Below, one piece after another: positions 38,041-46,199 of a DNA stretch of 64,000 nt; within the stretch, counting starts at the first letter, position 1; every line of letters starts with the position of its first letter. The DNA comes from Vicinamibacterales bacterium. GTDB lineage: Bacteria; Acidobacteriota; Vicinamibacteria; Vicinamibacterales; SCN-69-37. The notes beneath the pieces were generated by a model. That model did no database searches and was not told the DNA's origin. It saw only the letters and a program-made list of their open reading frames with translations. The stretch is from the NCBI GenBank assembly GCA_038319675.1, contig JBBQDM010000002.1, forward strand, positions 273,562 through 337,561. The letters run 5' to 3'. Both the position numbers and the translations under genes were made by a program.

Positions 38041-40008
38041 CTATCCGGCGAGCATCTGTTTCACTTTGCGGGTGAGCTGCGAAACGGAAAACGGCTTTGC
38101 GAGGAATGCGGCGTCGAGCTCTTGCAGGCCATGGTTGGTCAGCACATCACCAGAATACCCAGACACAAACAGCACCCGGAGCCCCGGATATCGAGCCTGC
38201 AACACAGCAGCCAGTTCCGGCCCACTCATATCTGGCATAACTACATCTGAGACAAGCAGGTCAAACTTTCCAGGATGGCGTTCCAGAACGCCAAGCGCCT
38301 CCTCGCCGCTGCGGGCCAGCAGCACGGTGTACCCCGCTTTTTCCAGCGTCCGCTGCATGATATTTCCCAAGCCTGACTCATCATCCACGACCAGGATCAC
38401 GCCCTGGCCCAGCGCGACCCGGGATGTCTCGTCTGTCACTGGCGCGGTTTCAGCTTCGTCAACCCTGGGCAGCACGATATGGAACGCGGTCCCCACTCCC
38501 GGCGTGGAATCCACGGTGACCGTCCCTCCACTTGCCGTGACGATGCCGTGGACGATGGACAACCCCAGTCCGGTCCCCTTGCCTGCCGCTTTGGTCGTGA
38601 AGAACGGTTCAAAGAGCCGGTTCTTAACCTCCGCACTCATGCCCATCCCCGTATCACTGACGGTGAGCCGAACGTGTTCCTGGGCTGTTACGTCAGGGTC
38701 GTGCCCGCCCTCCACCCGCTCACGAGCCGTGGCAAGCGTGATGCGGCCTCCTGTGGGCATGGCATCACGCGCGTTCACGGCGAGATTCATGATGACCTGT
38801 TCCAGTTGCCCCACGTCCACCCGGACAACGCCCGCCTCCTCGTCCAAGTGCGTGACGATGCGGATATCTTCGTCCACCATTCGGCGGAGCATGTTGAGTG
38901 TCTGGGTCACCACGTCGTTGATGGGGACACTCCGTGATTCGGCGACCGTCCGCCGGCTGAAGGTCAACAACTGACGGGTGAGGGTTGTGGCCCGCTGGGC
39001 GGCCTCTTGAATCGCGGCAAAATCTGCCACGTACGGATTCGCGGCATCGTCGGAGTCCAGCGCCAGTTCCACAGTCCCCGTGATGACCGTGAGCAGGTTG
39101 TTGAAGTCGTGGGCAATCCCTCCGGCCAGTTGCCCCACACTCTCAAGTTTCTGACTTTGGAAGAGCTGGGCCTGGAGCGTCGCCTGCTTCGCTTCAAGGC
39201 GTTTGCGCTCGGTAATGTCCTCCTTCACCGCGACGAAGTTGGTGATGGTTCCGCTCGCGTCCCTGACGGGCGAGATGACAGCGCTTTCCCAGTACAGGGT
39301 TCCGTCTTTCCGCTTGTTATGAAGCTCTCCTTGCCACTCGTTCCCGGCCAGAAGAGTGGTCCAGAGTGCGGCGTATGTCTCGGGTGGCATCCTGCCGGAC
39401 TTCAGGATGCGCGGGTTTTGCCCGAGTGTTTCCTTGACGGTGTATCCGGTAGTCGTTTCGAAGTGTGGGTTGGCGTATTCAATGTTGCCGTCGCGGTCGG
39501 TGATGACGATAGTGACAAGACTTTGCTCAACCGCCCGCGTCAACTTGCGCAGTCTGGCATCGGTCGCCATCTGCTCGGTGACATCCCGAATGTAGCCATG
39601 CCAGAGCACACTCCCATCAGGCTGGACCTCAGGTGTGGCCGTGCCATCGACCCAGATCGTGCGCCCGTCCGGCAAGATGGCCCGATGTTGATTCTTCCAC
39701 ACGGTGAGTGTTTGGGCAGAGACCTGAATGCTCTCATGCACCCGTGCGAGATCATCGGGATGCATCGCCTCAAAGACGGCTGTGGCATCCTTGGCGACCT
39801 GCTCAGGGGATACACCATAGATATTTTTGATTCCCATGCTGGCATACGGCAGGCGAGTGCTCCCGTCGGGCTGCAACTGGAACTGGAAGAGTACGCCGGG
39901 CACATGCATGGCCAGCCGCTCAAGGCGCGTCGCGCCTTCTCTCGCGGCCTCAGACGCCCGCTTCTTCTGGGCGACCTGCCGTTCGGTCTCGGTGATCCGT
40001 TCAGGCAT
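38041..40008 (-). CDS. hybrid sensor histidine kinase / response regulator with PAS domains
   Basis: Trimmed to ATG 40008 (MPERITETER...). Coiled coil, 2-3 PAS domains, H-box GIAHDFNNLLT, GTGLGLSIV, and a C-terminal REC (LVVDDE...DVVMPDMSG). Confidence 0.88.
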   Translation of the reverse strand: MPERITETERQVAQKKRASEAAREGATRLERLAMHVPGVLFQFQLQPDGSTRLPYASMGIKNIYGVSPEQVAKDATAVFEAMHPDDLARVHESIQVSAQTLTVWKNQHRAILPDGRTIWVDGTATPEVQPDGSVLWHGYIRDVTEQMATDARLRKLTRAVEQSLVTIVITDRDGNIEYANPHFETTTGYTVKETLGQNPRILKSGRMPPETYAALWTTLLAGNEWQGELHNKRKDGTLYWESAVISPVRDASGTITNFVAVKEDITERKRLEAKQATLQAQLFQSQKLESVGQLAGGIAHDFNNLLTVITGTVELALDSDDAANPYVADFAAIQEAAQRATTLTRQLLTFSRRTVAESRSVPINDVVTQTLNMLRRMVDEDIRIVTHLDEEAGVVRVDVGQLEQVIMNLAVNARDAMPTGGRITLATARERVEGGHDPDVTAQEHVRLTVSDTGMGMSAEVKNRLFEPFFTTKAAGKGTGLGLSIVHGIVTASGGTVTVDSTPGVGTAFHIVLPRVDEAETAPVTDETSRVALGQGVILVVDDESGLGNIMQRTLEKAGYTVLLARSGEEALGVLERHPGKFDLLVSDVVMPDMSGPELAAVLQARYPGLRVLFVSGYSGDVLTNHGLQELDAAFLAKPFSVSQLTRKVKQMLAG

Positions 40009-41179
40009 CAGCCACCAGTCGGGGCAACCAGACGCTGAACACCGTGCCGTGCCCCGGCGTTGATGCGAAGTCCACGGTGCCGCCGAACACGCGGGTGACC
40101 AGCAGGCGAACCCCATATGTGCCTAGACCACGACCAAATGACGCCTTCGTGCTGAAGAACCGCTGGAAGATCTGCGCCTGAACGGCCTCGGGCATCAGGG
40201 CCGGGTTGCCGACCTGAATCTCGACCTCTGCCGCACGGGGCACCACGCGCACGCGCACCACCTCACCTTCAGCGGATGCTTCCAGGGCGTTCTTGATCAA
40301 ATTGCCGACCACACGAGTGAGATGCATGCGGGAGGTTGGCACCACGGTCTCGCCGGATACGATCTCCAGGTCGATTGTTCGTGCACGCGCGACACGACTG
40401 TGCCGGTACAACCGCACGGTGTCGGCCACGATGTCCGCGACGCATGCAGGCACGAGTGCCACGGATAACGTGCCATCCTCCGCGAGACGCAGATCGCGCT
40501 GGGCCTCGATTTCCTGAATCAGCGTCGAGGATGCGCGGCTCACCACATGCGCCAAATCCTTCACGACGCCGGGGTCATCCTGAATCGGCAGCAGATCCGC
40601 CGCTCCGTGCATCGCCTGCGCGGTGTTCAGCACGTCGTGGAAAAAGATGTGCTCGTGCGCATCACGCGACTTGGCGGCGGTAATGTCGGTCAGCGAACAG
40701 AGGCGCATCGTTTCGCCAAGCAGTTGTATCGGAGATACGTGGGCGGCGAAGGTGTGGGACCCTTCCTTCCCGTCGACCACTGACCGCAGCCGGAACTCCG
40801 CGTCGTACGTACCCGGCCGCCTGCTGAACTCCCGATTGGCCTGCCCCATTGCACAGTGCCGACACTTCGGTCCGGTGCCGCACCCGTCTGGCCCGAGTGA
40901 CACATTCAGACACGCCAACGCCTCGCCCAGCCGCAAACCCGTGATCCCGTCACTGGCCCCCAACGAATCGGCCAGACGCCATCCAGCCTGATTCGCCAGG
41001 ACGATCTGCCGAGTTGTATTGAGCAGGAACGCCGGACCTGGGATCGCCTCCAGCATCGCCTCGATATTGGGCTCGTGGCGCACCGCAGCTGCGGCCTCAG
41101 CCACCACGGTGACAGGGAGTCGACCGGGCGTGTCGAAATAGGTGCTCGGGACGCTCTGCCGGTCGGTCATGACTGTCAT
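40001..41179 (-). CDS. cytoplasmic sensor histidine kinase with Cys4-containing PAS-like domain
   Basis: H-box HEHIFFHDVLN and ATPase boxes (NLIKNALEA, GRGLGTYGV). The start is uncertain: ATG 41185, 41179 or 41170. The track start 41209 would overlap the sigma54 promoter and an AT-rich stretch. Confidence 0.75.
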   Translation of the reverse strand: MTVMTDRQSVPSTYFDTPGRLPVTVVAEAAAAVRHEPNIEAMLEAIPGPAFLLNTTRQIVLANQAGWRLADSLGASDGITGLRLGEALACLNVSLGPDGCGTGPKCRHCAMGQANREFSRRPGTYDAEFRLRSVVDGKEGSHTFAAHVSPIQLLGETMRLCSLTDITAAKSRDAHEHIFFHDVLNTAQAMHGAADLLPIQDDPGVVKDLAHVVSRASSTLIQEIEAQRDLRLAEDGTLSVALVPACVADIVADTVRLYRHSRVARARTIDLEIVSGETVVPTSRMHLTRVVGNLIKNALEASAEGEVVRVRVVPRAAEVEIQVGNPALMPEAVQAQIFQRFFSTKASFGRGLGTYGVRLLVTRVFGGTVDFASTPGHGTVFSVWLPRLVADA

Positions 41180-41191
41180 CTGCATGAAAAT

Positions 41192-41207
41192 TTGCAAACC
41201 ACGTGCC
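41192..41207 (-). promoter_or_regulatory. sigma54 (-24/-12) promoter TGGCACG-TGGT-TTGCA
   Basis: Exact match to the consensus TGGCACG-N4-TTGCW on the minus strand, immediately upstream of the kinase gene. It was the only perfect match I found in the window. Confidence 0.6.
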
Positions 41208-41327
41208 AAGACGCGGTGTACACCGACAAGGCCTGCGCGGCTGCTTCAGTTGTCTCAGGTGGGAAAAACCCCGCGACGGAATGGGCACTGACACTCGGCC
41301 CGCGTCCGACGTTCCAACAGCGTCAGG

Positions 41328-42104
41328 CTACAACGGCGTGAAGCGGAATCCCGCCACCACGACCTCGGCATCCGCGCCGTTCGTAGGCGGAGTGCCGCCA
41401 AACAACCACAGATTGATGCGCAGGTGTTCGCCGCCAGGCGGCGGCACCGCCGTTCCCGTATAGGTCCACGTCTCTTCGCCGCTCACGAACGTGACCTGGT
41501 TCGGCCGCCAGTCGATCACGTGCGTCGTCGTTGTCGTCACGGGCACGCGAATGTCGCGGCCGTTCCCGGCGTCAGCCTGCACCGTGAAGCGCGCGCCGGC
41601 GCTCCCGCTCAGACGCGGCGAGAACTCGATGTCGATCTCCCGATGGCCGAACGTCGGGTCCGGGTAGTTGTAGGTAAAAAACGCGAAGACGACATTTGCA
41701 TCCAGGCCATCGAGCCGCGTGGTGGTGACGAACTCGTAGCGCCCGTACCCAAGGGCACGCGCGAGCATCACCTCGGCCGACGACCACGTGCTCTCGCGCC
41801 TCGTCACCCTGAGCCTCAGCCCGCCGACGTCGACGCGCACGTTCTCGTCGCTGTCCGAGAAACGGTTCGGGCCCGGAGCGGTACGTGTCGCGGCTTTCAC
41901 GATCCAGTCGTACCCCGCGAACCGCACGCAGCGCGGGGGTGAGGAGGTGTTGGGATCGCCCGTGATGTTGGCCGCACTGCACACACTCGTCAGCGGGTCC
42001 GGCGAGAGCGGCGACTCCCCTGCACACGACGCAAACAGTCCGACAGCAACAACAACCGCGAGACCGAGCGGCGGCTTACTGGCGCTACGCACGACGCACG
42101 ACAC
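41328..42104 (-). CDS. GH16-like glycoside hydrolase lipoprotein
   Basis: Lipobox LFASC and an EIDIEF catalytic-type motif (ExDxE) in a beta-jelly-roll-like sequence. GTG start. Confidence 0.6.
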   Translation of the reverse strand: MSCVVRSASKPPLGLAVVVAVGLFASCAGESPLSPDPLTSVCSAANITGDPNTSSPPRCVRFAGYDWIVKAATRTAPGPNRFSDSDENVRVDVGGLRLRVTRRESTWSSAEVMLARALGYGRYEFVTTTRLDGLDANVVFAFFTYNYPDPTFGHREIDIEFSPRLSGSAGARFTVQADAGNGRDIRVPVTTTTTHVIDWRPNQVTFVSGEETWTYTGTAVPPPGGEHLRINLWLFGGTPPTNGADAEVVVAGFRFTPL

Positions 42105-42963
42105 GATTCAGCAGCCGGTTCTTCACGACGTGCCACAAGGCAGGACCGGGAGGGCCTTCGACGAACTCCCCCAGAAAAAACGTCACGTCGTCATGCGCCA
42201 GAGTCTCGGTGTCGGCGTGCGCGTGCAGGGCCGCCAGCAGACGGCCGGCCACCTCCTCGCAGGTGCCCTCGCCGGCATTGAGCAACTGGTCGATGCCGTG
42301 TCGATCAAACTGGTTGTCGGCAGGGCAGGTGGTTTCGAGGACGCCGTCGGTGATGAGCAGGAGGCGATCCCCCGGGCTCACGGTGAAGCGGTGCCGCGTG
42401 AAGACCGGCGTGAAACCCACCCCAAGAGGCACGTCAATGAAGGCCGGGCGGGTGGTGGGCGTTGTCGTCTCGGACTGGAGCGCCGCCCATTGCCGCGTCT
42501 GGGCGCGATACAGCCAACCCACCGGGTGCCCGGCGTAACAGACGGTGAGGCGCCGCCGCGGCGGATAGTAGGTGGCCAGCACGACGGTGGTCATCGCCAG
42601 AACGTCCTCGGCGTTGAGGCGCTCGTTAAACCGCGACAGCACCTTGCGTTCGTCGATCACGTCGACACTGCGGCGCAGGTGATCGTGAATGCTGCGCCCG
42701 ATCACCGACACCGCTTCGCCGTGCCCCGCGACATCCGCCAGGCACACGCGCGACATCAACCCGGAGCCACACTTCGACAGGTAGTGAATATCCCCCCCGT
42801 GTGCGCCCTCGCAGGGCCGGGAGTACAACACGCCACGCACGCCTGGCAGTTCCACGAGGTGATGCGTCACCCCAGTGCCGCCGCGCACCTCCCCGCAGGT
42901 GAATCCTTCGCCGGGCTGCCATGGGGGTTCGGCCATACGCCTGATCACGATACCGCACGGCAT
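42085..42963 (-). CDS. PP2C/SpoIIE-family protein phosphatase (stand-alone catalytic domain)
   Basis: Motifs GGDIHY, ADVAGHG and LLITDGVLE. The start is ambiguous (42978 GTG, 42963 ATG or 42936 ATG). The 3' end overlaps the GH16-like gene by 20 nt. Confidence 0.75.
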   Translation of the reverse strand: MPCGIVIRRMAEPPWQPGEGFTCGEVRGGTGVTHHLVELPGVRGVLYSRPCEGAHGGDIHYLSKCGSGLMSRVCLADVAGHGEAVSVIGRSIHDHLRRSVDVIDERKVLSRFNERLNAEDVLAMTTVVLATYYPPRRRLTVCYAGHPVGWLYRAQTRQWAALQSETTTPTTRPAFIDVPLGVGFTPVFTRHRFTVSPGDRLLLITDGVLETTCPADNQFDRHGIDQLLNAGEGTCEEVAGRLLAALHAHADTETLAHDDVTFFLGEFVEGPPGPALWHVVKNRLLNRVVRRA

Positions 42964-43015
42964 CCAGTCAGGGCACACTCGGCGGGGGCCTTCGCCCGTT
43001 ATTTCTTCCTCGCCG

Positions 43016-43043
43016 TTGACAGTCCGGAAGATAGGTCTATGCT
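43016..43043 (+). promoter_or_regulatory. putative sigma70 promoter (TTGACA-16-TATGCT) of the TonB-dependent receptor gene
   Basis: The hexamers are read directly. An AAGGAGG RBS follows at 43079-43085. Confidence 0.5.
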
Positions 43044-43090
43044 GGGAGACGTCGAACTGCCTGGGCAGCTTCGAACCCCAAGGAGGGGAA

Positions 43091-46000
43091 ATGACTCACA
43101 ACACAATGAGACGACGAAACGCACAGCGCATGCGAAGGCCGTGGTTTGGACTAGTTCTTGTACTGGCGCTGCTTGGCGCCGCACTGCCGGCCTCCGCTCA
43201 GGAGACAACCGGCGCCATTAGCGGCGTCGCCCGCGACTCGGATGGCGGCGTCCTGCCGGGCGTCACGATTGACGCGGTCGGCCCGTCGGGCCTGGTGACA
43301 ACGGTTACTGACGCGCGCGGGGAATTTCTGTTTCCCCGGCTGCCGTCCGGACGGTATATCGTCAAGGCCAACCTCTCAGGGTTCCGGGTCTCCGAGATCC
43401 CGGTGAATCTGACGGTGGGCACCACGTTCAGGGTGGAGTTCACGCTGGCCCTGGCGACACTCAGCGAAACGGTCATCGTGCGGGCGCAGACGACGGCGGT
43501 GGATGTCACCAGTTCGAGCGCCTCCACCAATATCTCGCGCGAACGGCTCGAAATGATCCCGCGTGGGCGTGATTTCACGGACGTGGTCGCGCAGGCGGCC
43601 GGCGCCGCCAATGAGTCGCAGGCAGGCGGCATCTCCATCGACGGGTCGTCCGGGTCGGAGAACCGCTTCATCATCGACGGCATCAACACGACCAGTCCGC
43701 AGGTCGGCACGAACGCCGTGCCGTTGCGCGCTGACTTCATGGAGGAAGTCCAGGTCAAGTCCGCAGGGTACGCCGCGGAGTTCGGCGGTTCGACCGGCGG
43801 CGTCATCAACGCCATCACGCGCAGCGGCACCAATGACTGGCATGGTGGACTGTTTGCGGATTTCCAGCAGCGCAAGTGGGGCGGCGCCGAGCGGCCGCTG
43901 CTTCTCACCAGCCTGACGAGCAACACCCATACCTATCTGACTCCGCGCAAGGATGACGAAACGCGGGTGGATCCCGGCTTCAGCATCGGGGGCCCCGTGC
44001 TGCGCGACCGCCTGTGGTTCTTCGGTGCGTATCAGCCGGGCATTCGCACGACCGAGCGGACGGTGGACTTCACCAACGGCGTGACGAACACGTTTGACCA
44101 GGAGTTCATGGTCAACTACGGGACAGGCAACGTGACGGGCAACCTGGGCGCCGGCATCCTGTTCCGGCTGGGCGCGAATTTTTCGCCCTACGAGACCAAG
44201 CGCTCACTGCCGGGTCAGGACGGACGGACGTCGCTTACCACGGCCGCCAGCTACGCCCGTGGCTCCAAGGGTGACCGGCGCACGTTCTCCGGATCGGTGG
44301 ACTACGTGCCCAGCCGGCAGATCGCCGTCTCGGCTCGTGTCGGCCGGTTCCTGACCGACACCGAAAGCACCGGCGTCACCTTCCCCGGGCTGATTCACAA
44401 CTTCTCGACGGCGAGCACACCGGCCGGCATTGCCGCGTTGCCCTCCGAGTTCCGCCGCCAGGTTGGCTTCCTGTCTGATGTGCTGGTCACGAACGCAACC
44501 GCGCGCGACGAGTACATCAGGGACTACCTCGGCGTCGACGCGACCTTCTACTTCAAGGGCGCCGGCGATCACCAACTGAAGGTGGGCGCACAGTTCGAGA
44601 AGATCTACAACGACGTGCAGAGCGGCTACAACGCCGACCGCATCCTGTACTACGCGGGCCGGCCGTATCTGACGTCCACGGGGCAGCAGGTACAGGGCAC
44701 GTACGGATACTTCCGTCTCCTGAATATTTCGACCCTGGGCGACGTCGAGAGCCGCAATGATGTGCTGTTCATTCAGGACACGTGGAAGCCGATTCCGCGG
44801 CTGACGCTCAACATCGGCGTGCGTGCCGAGCACGAGCGCATTCCGAATTTCGGTGATCGTGGTGTCAAGAACCCACTGGAGTTCTCCTTCAGCGAGAAAC
44901 TGGCGCCGCGGCTCGGGTTTGCCTACGACCTGACCGACAACGGGCGCACCAAGGTCTACGGCTCGTACGGCAAGTACTTCGACGTGATGAAGTACGAACT
45001 GCCGCGCGGATCGTTCGGCGGTGACAAATGGGTGGACTACTTCTACAGCTGGGACTCCCCCAACTGGCCATCCAACGGGTCTGGCTGCGCGACCGGAAGT
45101 AATACGATCTCGGAAAAGCCGACTTGTGCGGCTGGCGCCTTCATCGAAGCCCTCGATCGACGCTTCAACTCCGCAGAGGCGCTTGATGAGGCGGTGGATC
45201 CGGACCTGAAGCCGATGGAGGAGAAAGAGTACCAGCTCGGCGTGACGCGTGAGCTGGGGTGGAACAACGTCGTCATTGGCGCCCGGTATATCCACAAGGA
45301 TCTCGTGCGGACGATTGAGGACGTCGGGATCGTGGTACCAGGCATCGGTGAGGTGTTCTACATCGCCAACCCCGGTGAAGGCATCTCGCTCACGCTGGCT
45401 GGCGAACCGGGCATCCCGGACTTCCCGAAGGCCGTACGCGAGTACCGGGGCCTCGAGCTGACCCTGGAACGCCGCTTTGCCAACAACTGGGCCGCGTTCG
45501 GCAGCTACACGCTGAGCCGGCTGTACGGCAATTACTCCGGCCTGGCCAGTTCCGACGAAAACGGCCGCACGTCGCCGAACGTCAACCGGTTCTTCGATCA
45601 CATCGAGAACACGTTTGATCGCAACGGCGACGCGGTGTTCGGCCGGCTGGGGACGGATCGTCCGCACCAGTTCAAGTCGCAGGTGCTGTATCGCTTCGAC
45701 TTTGATCTCACCGTGGGCCTGAACCAGCGCATCACCAGCGGCATTCCGGTCTCCGAAGAGGCCTTTGTCGGTGCGAACGTGCCGTTCTTCCCGAACGGCC
45801 GAGGCAGCCTCGGACGGACGCCGGTGGTCAGCGAGACGGACCTGTCGTTGTTCCAGGACTTCAAGTTCGGCGGACGGTACAACGTGCAACTTGGCGTCAC
45901 CGTGCTCAACCTGTTTGATCAGGACACGGTCACGCGGCGTTCGAACGCGCGCACACAGGGGTCGCTGCCGCTGACGACGAAGGCCTTCTTCGCGGGCGGC

Positions 46001-46117
46001 TGGGACTATGAATCGGTCCTCGCGGCGAATCCACAGATTCGCCAGGTGCTGTTCAATCAAGCGAACCAGTTCCAGTCGCCTCGCGAGATCCGCGTGTCGG
46101 CCAAACTCCGGTTCTAG
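43091..46117 (+). CDS. TonB-dependent receptor with N-terminal carboxypeptidase-regulatory-like domain
   Basis: Trimmed to ATG 43091. Signal peptide, GAISGVARDSDGGVLPGVTIDAV CarboxypepD_reg, plug domain (ISIDGSSGSENRFIIDG) and a C-terminal ...AKLRF. Confidence 0.88.
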   Translation: MTHNTMRRRNAQRMRRPWFGLVLVLALLGAALPASAQETTGAISGVARDSDGGVLPGVTIDAVGPSGLVTTVTDARGEFLFPRLPSGRYIVKANLSGFRVSEIPVNLTVGTTFRVEFTLALATLSETVIVRAQTTAVDVTSSSASTNISRERLEMIPRGRDFTDVVAQAAGAANESQAGGISIDGSSGSENRFIIDGINTTSPQVGTNAVPLRADFMEEVQVKSAGYAAEFGGSTGGVINAITRSGTNDWHGGLFADFQQRKWGGAERPLLLTSLTSNTHTYLTPRKDDETRVDPGFSIGGPVLRDRLWFFGAYQPGIRTTERTVDFTNGVTNTFDQEFMVNYGTGNVTGNLGAGILFRLGANFSPYETKRSLPGQDGRTSLTTAASYARGSKGDRRTFSGSVDYVPSRQIAVSARVGRFLTDTESTGVTFPGLIHNFSTASTPAGIAALPSEFRRQVGFLSDVLVTNATARDEYIRDYLGVDATFYFKGAGDHQLKVGAQFEKIYNDVQSGYNADRILYYAGRPYLTSTGQQVQGTYGYFRLLNISTLGDVESRNDVLFIQDTWKPIPRLTLNIGVRAEHERIPNFGDRGVKNPLEFSFSEKLAPRLGFAYDLTDNGRTKVYGSYGKYFDVMKYELPRGSFGGDKWVDYFYSWDSPNWPSNGSGCATGSNTISEKPTCAAGAFIEALDRRFNSAEALDEAVDPDLKPMEEKEYQLGVTRELGWNNVVIGARYIHKDLVRTIEDVGIVVPGIGEVFYIANPGEGISLTLAGEPGIPDFPKAVREYRGLELTLERRFANNWAAFGSYTLSRLYGNYSGLASSDENGRTSPNVNRFFDHIENTFDRNGDAVFGRLGTDRPHQFKSQVLYRFDFDLTVGLNQRITSGIPVSEEAFVGANVPFFPNGRGSLGRTPVVSETDLSLFQDFKFGGRYNVQLGVTVLNLFDQDTVTRRSNARTQGSLPLTTKAFFAGGWDYESVLAANPQIRQVLFNQANQFQSPREIRVSAKLRF

Positions 46118-46138
46118 AACCGACCCAAATCACATGCA

Positions 46139-46171
46139 GGGAGGGTTCCTTCGGGAACCCTCCCTTTTTTT
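46139..46171 (+). terminator. rho-independent terminator
   Basis: An 11-bp perfect stem GGGAGGGTTCC / GGAACCCTCCC with a TTCG loop, followed by TTTTTTT. Confidence 0.85.
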
Positions 46172-46199
46172 GTCTCCGAGGCCACTCCCCCGTTGCCGT

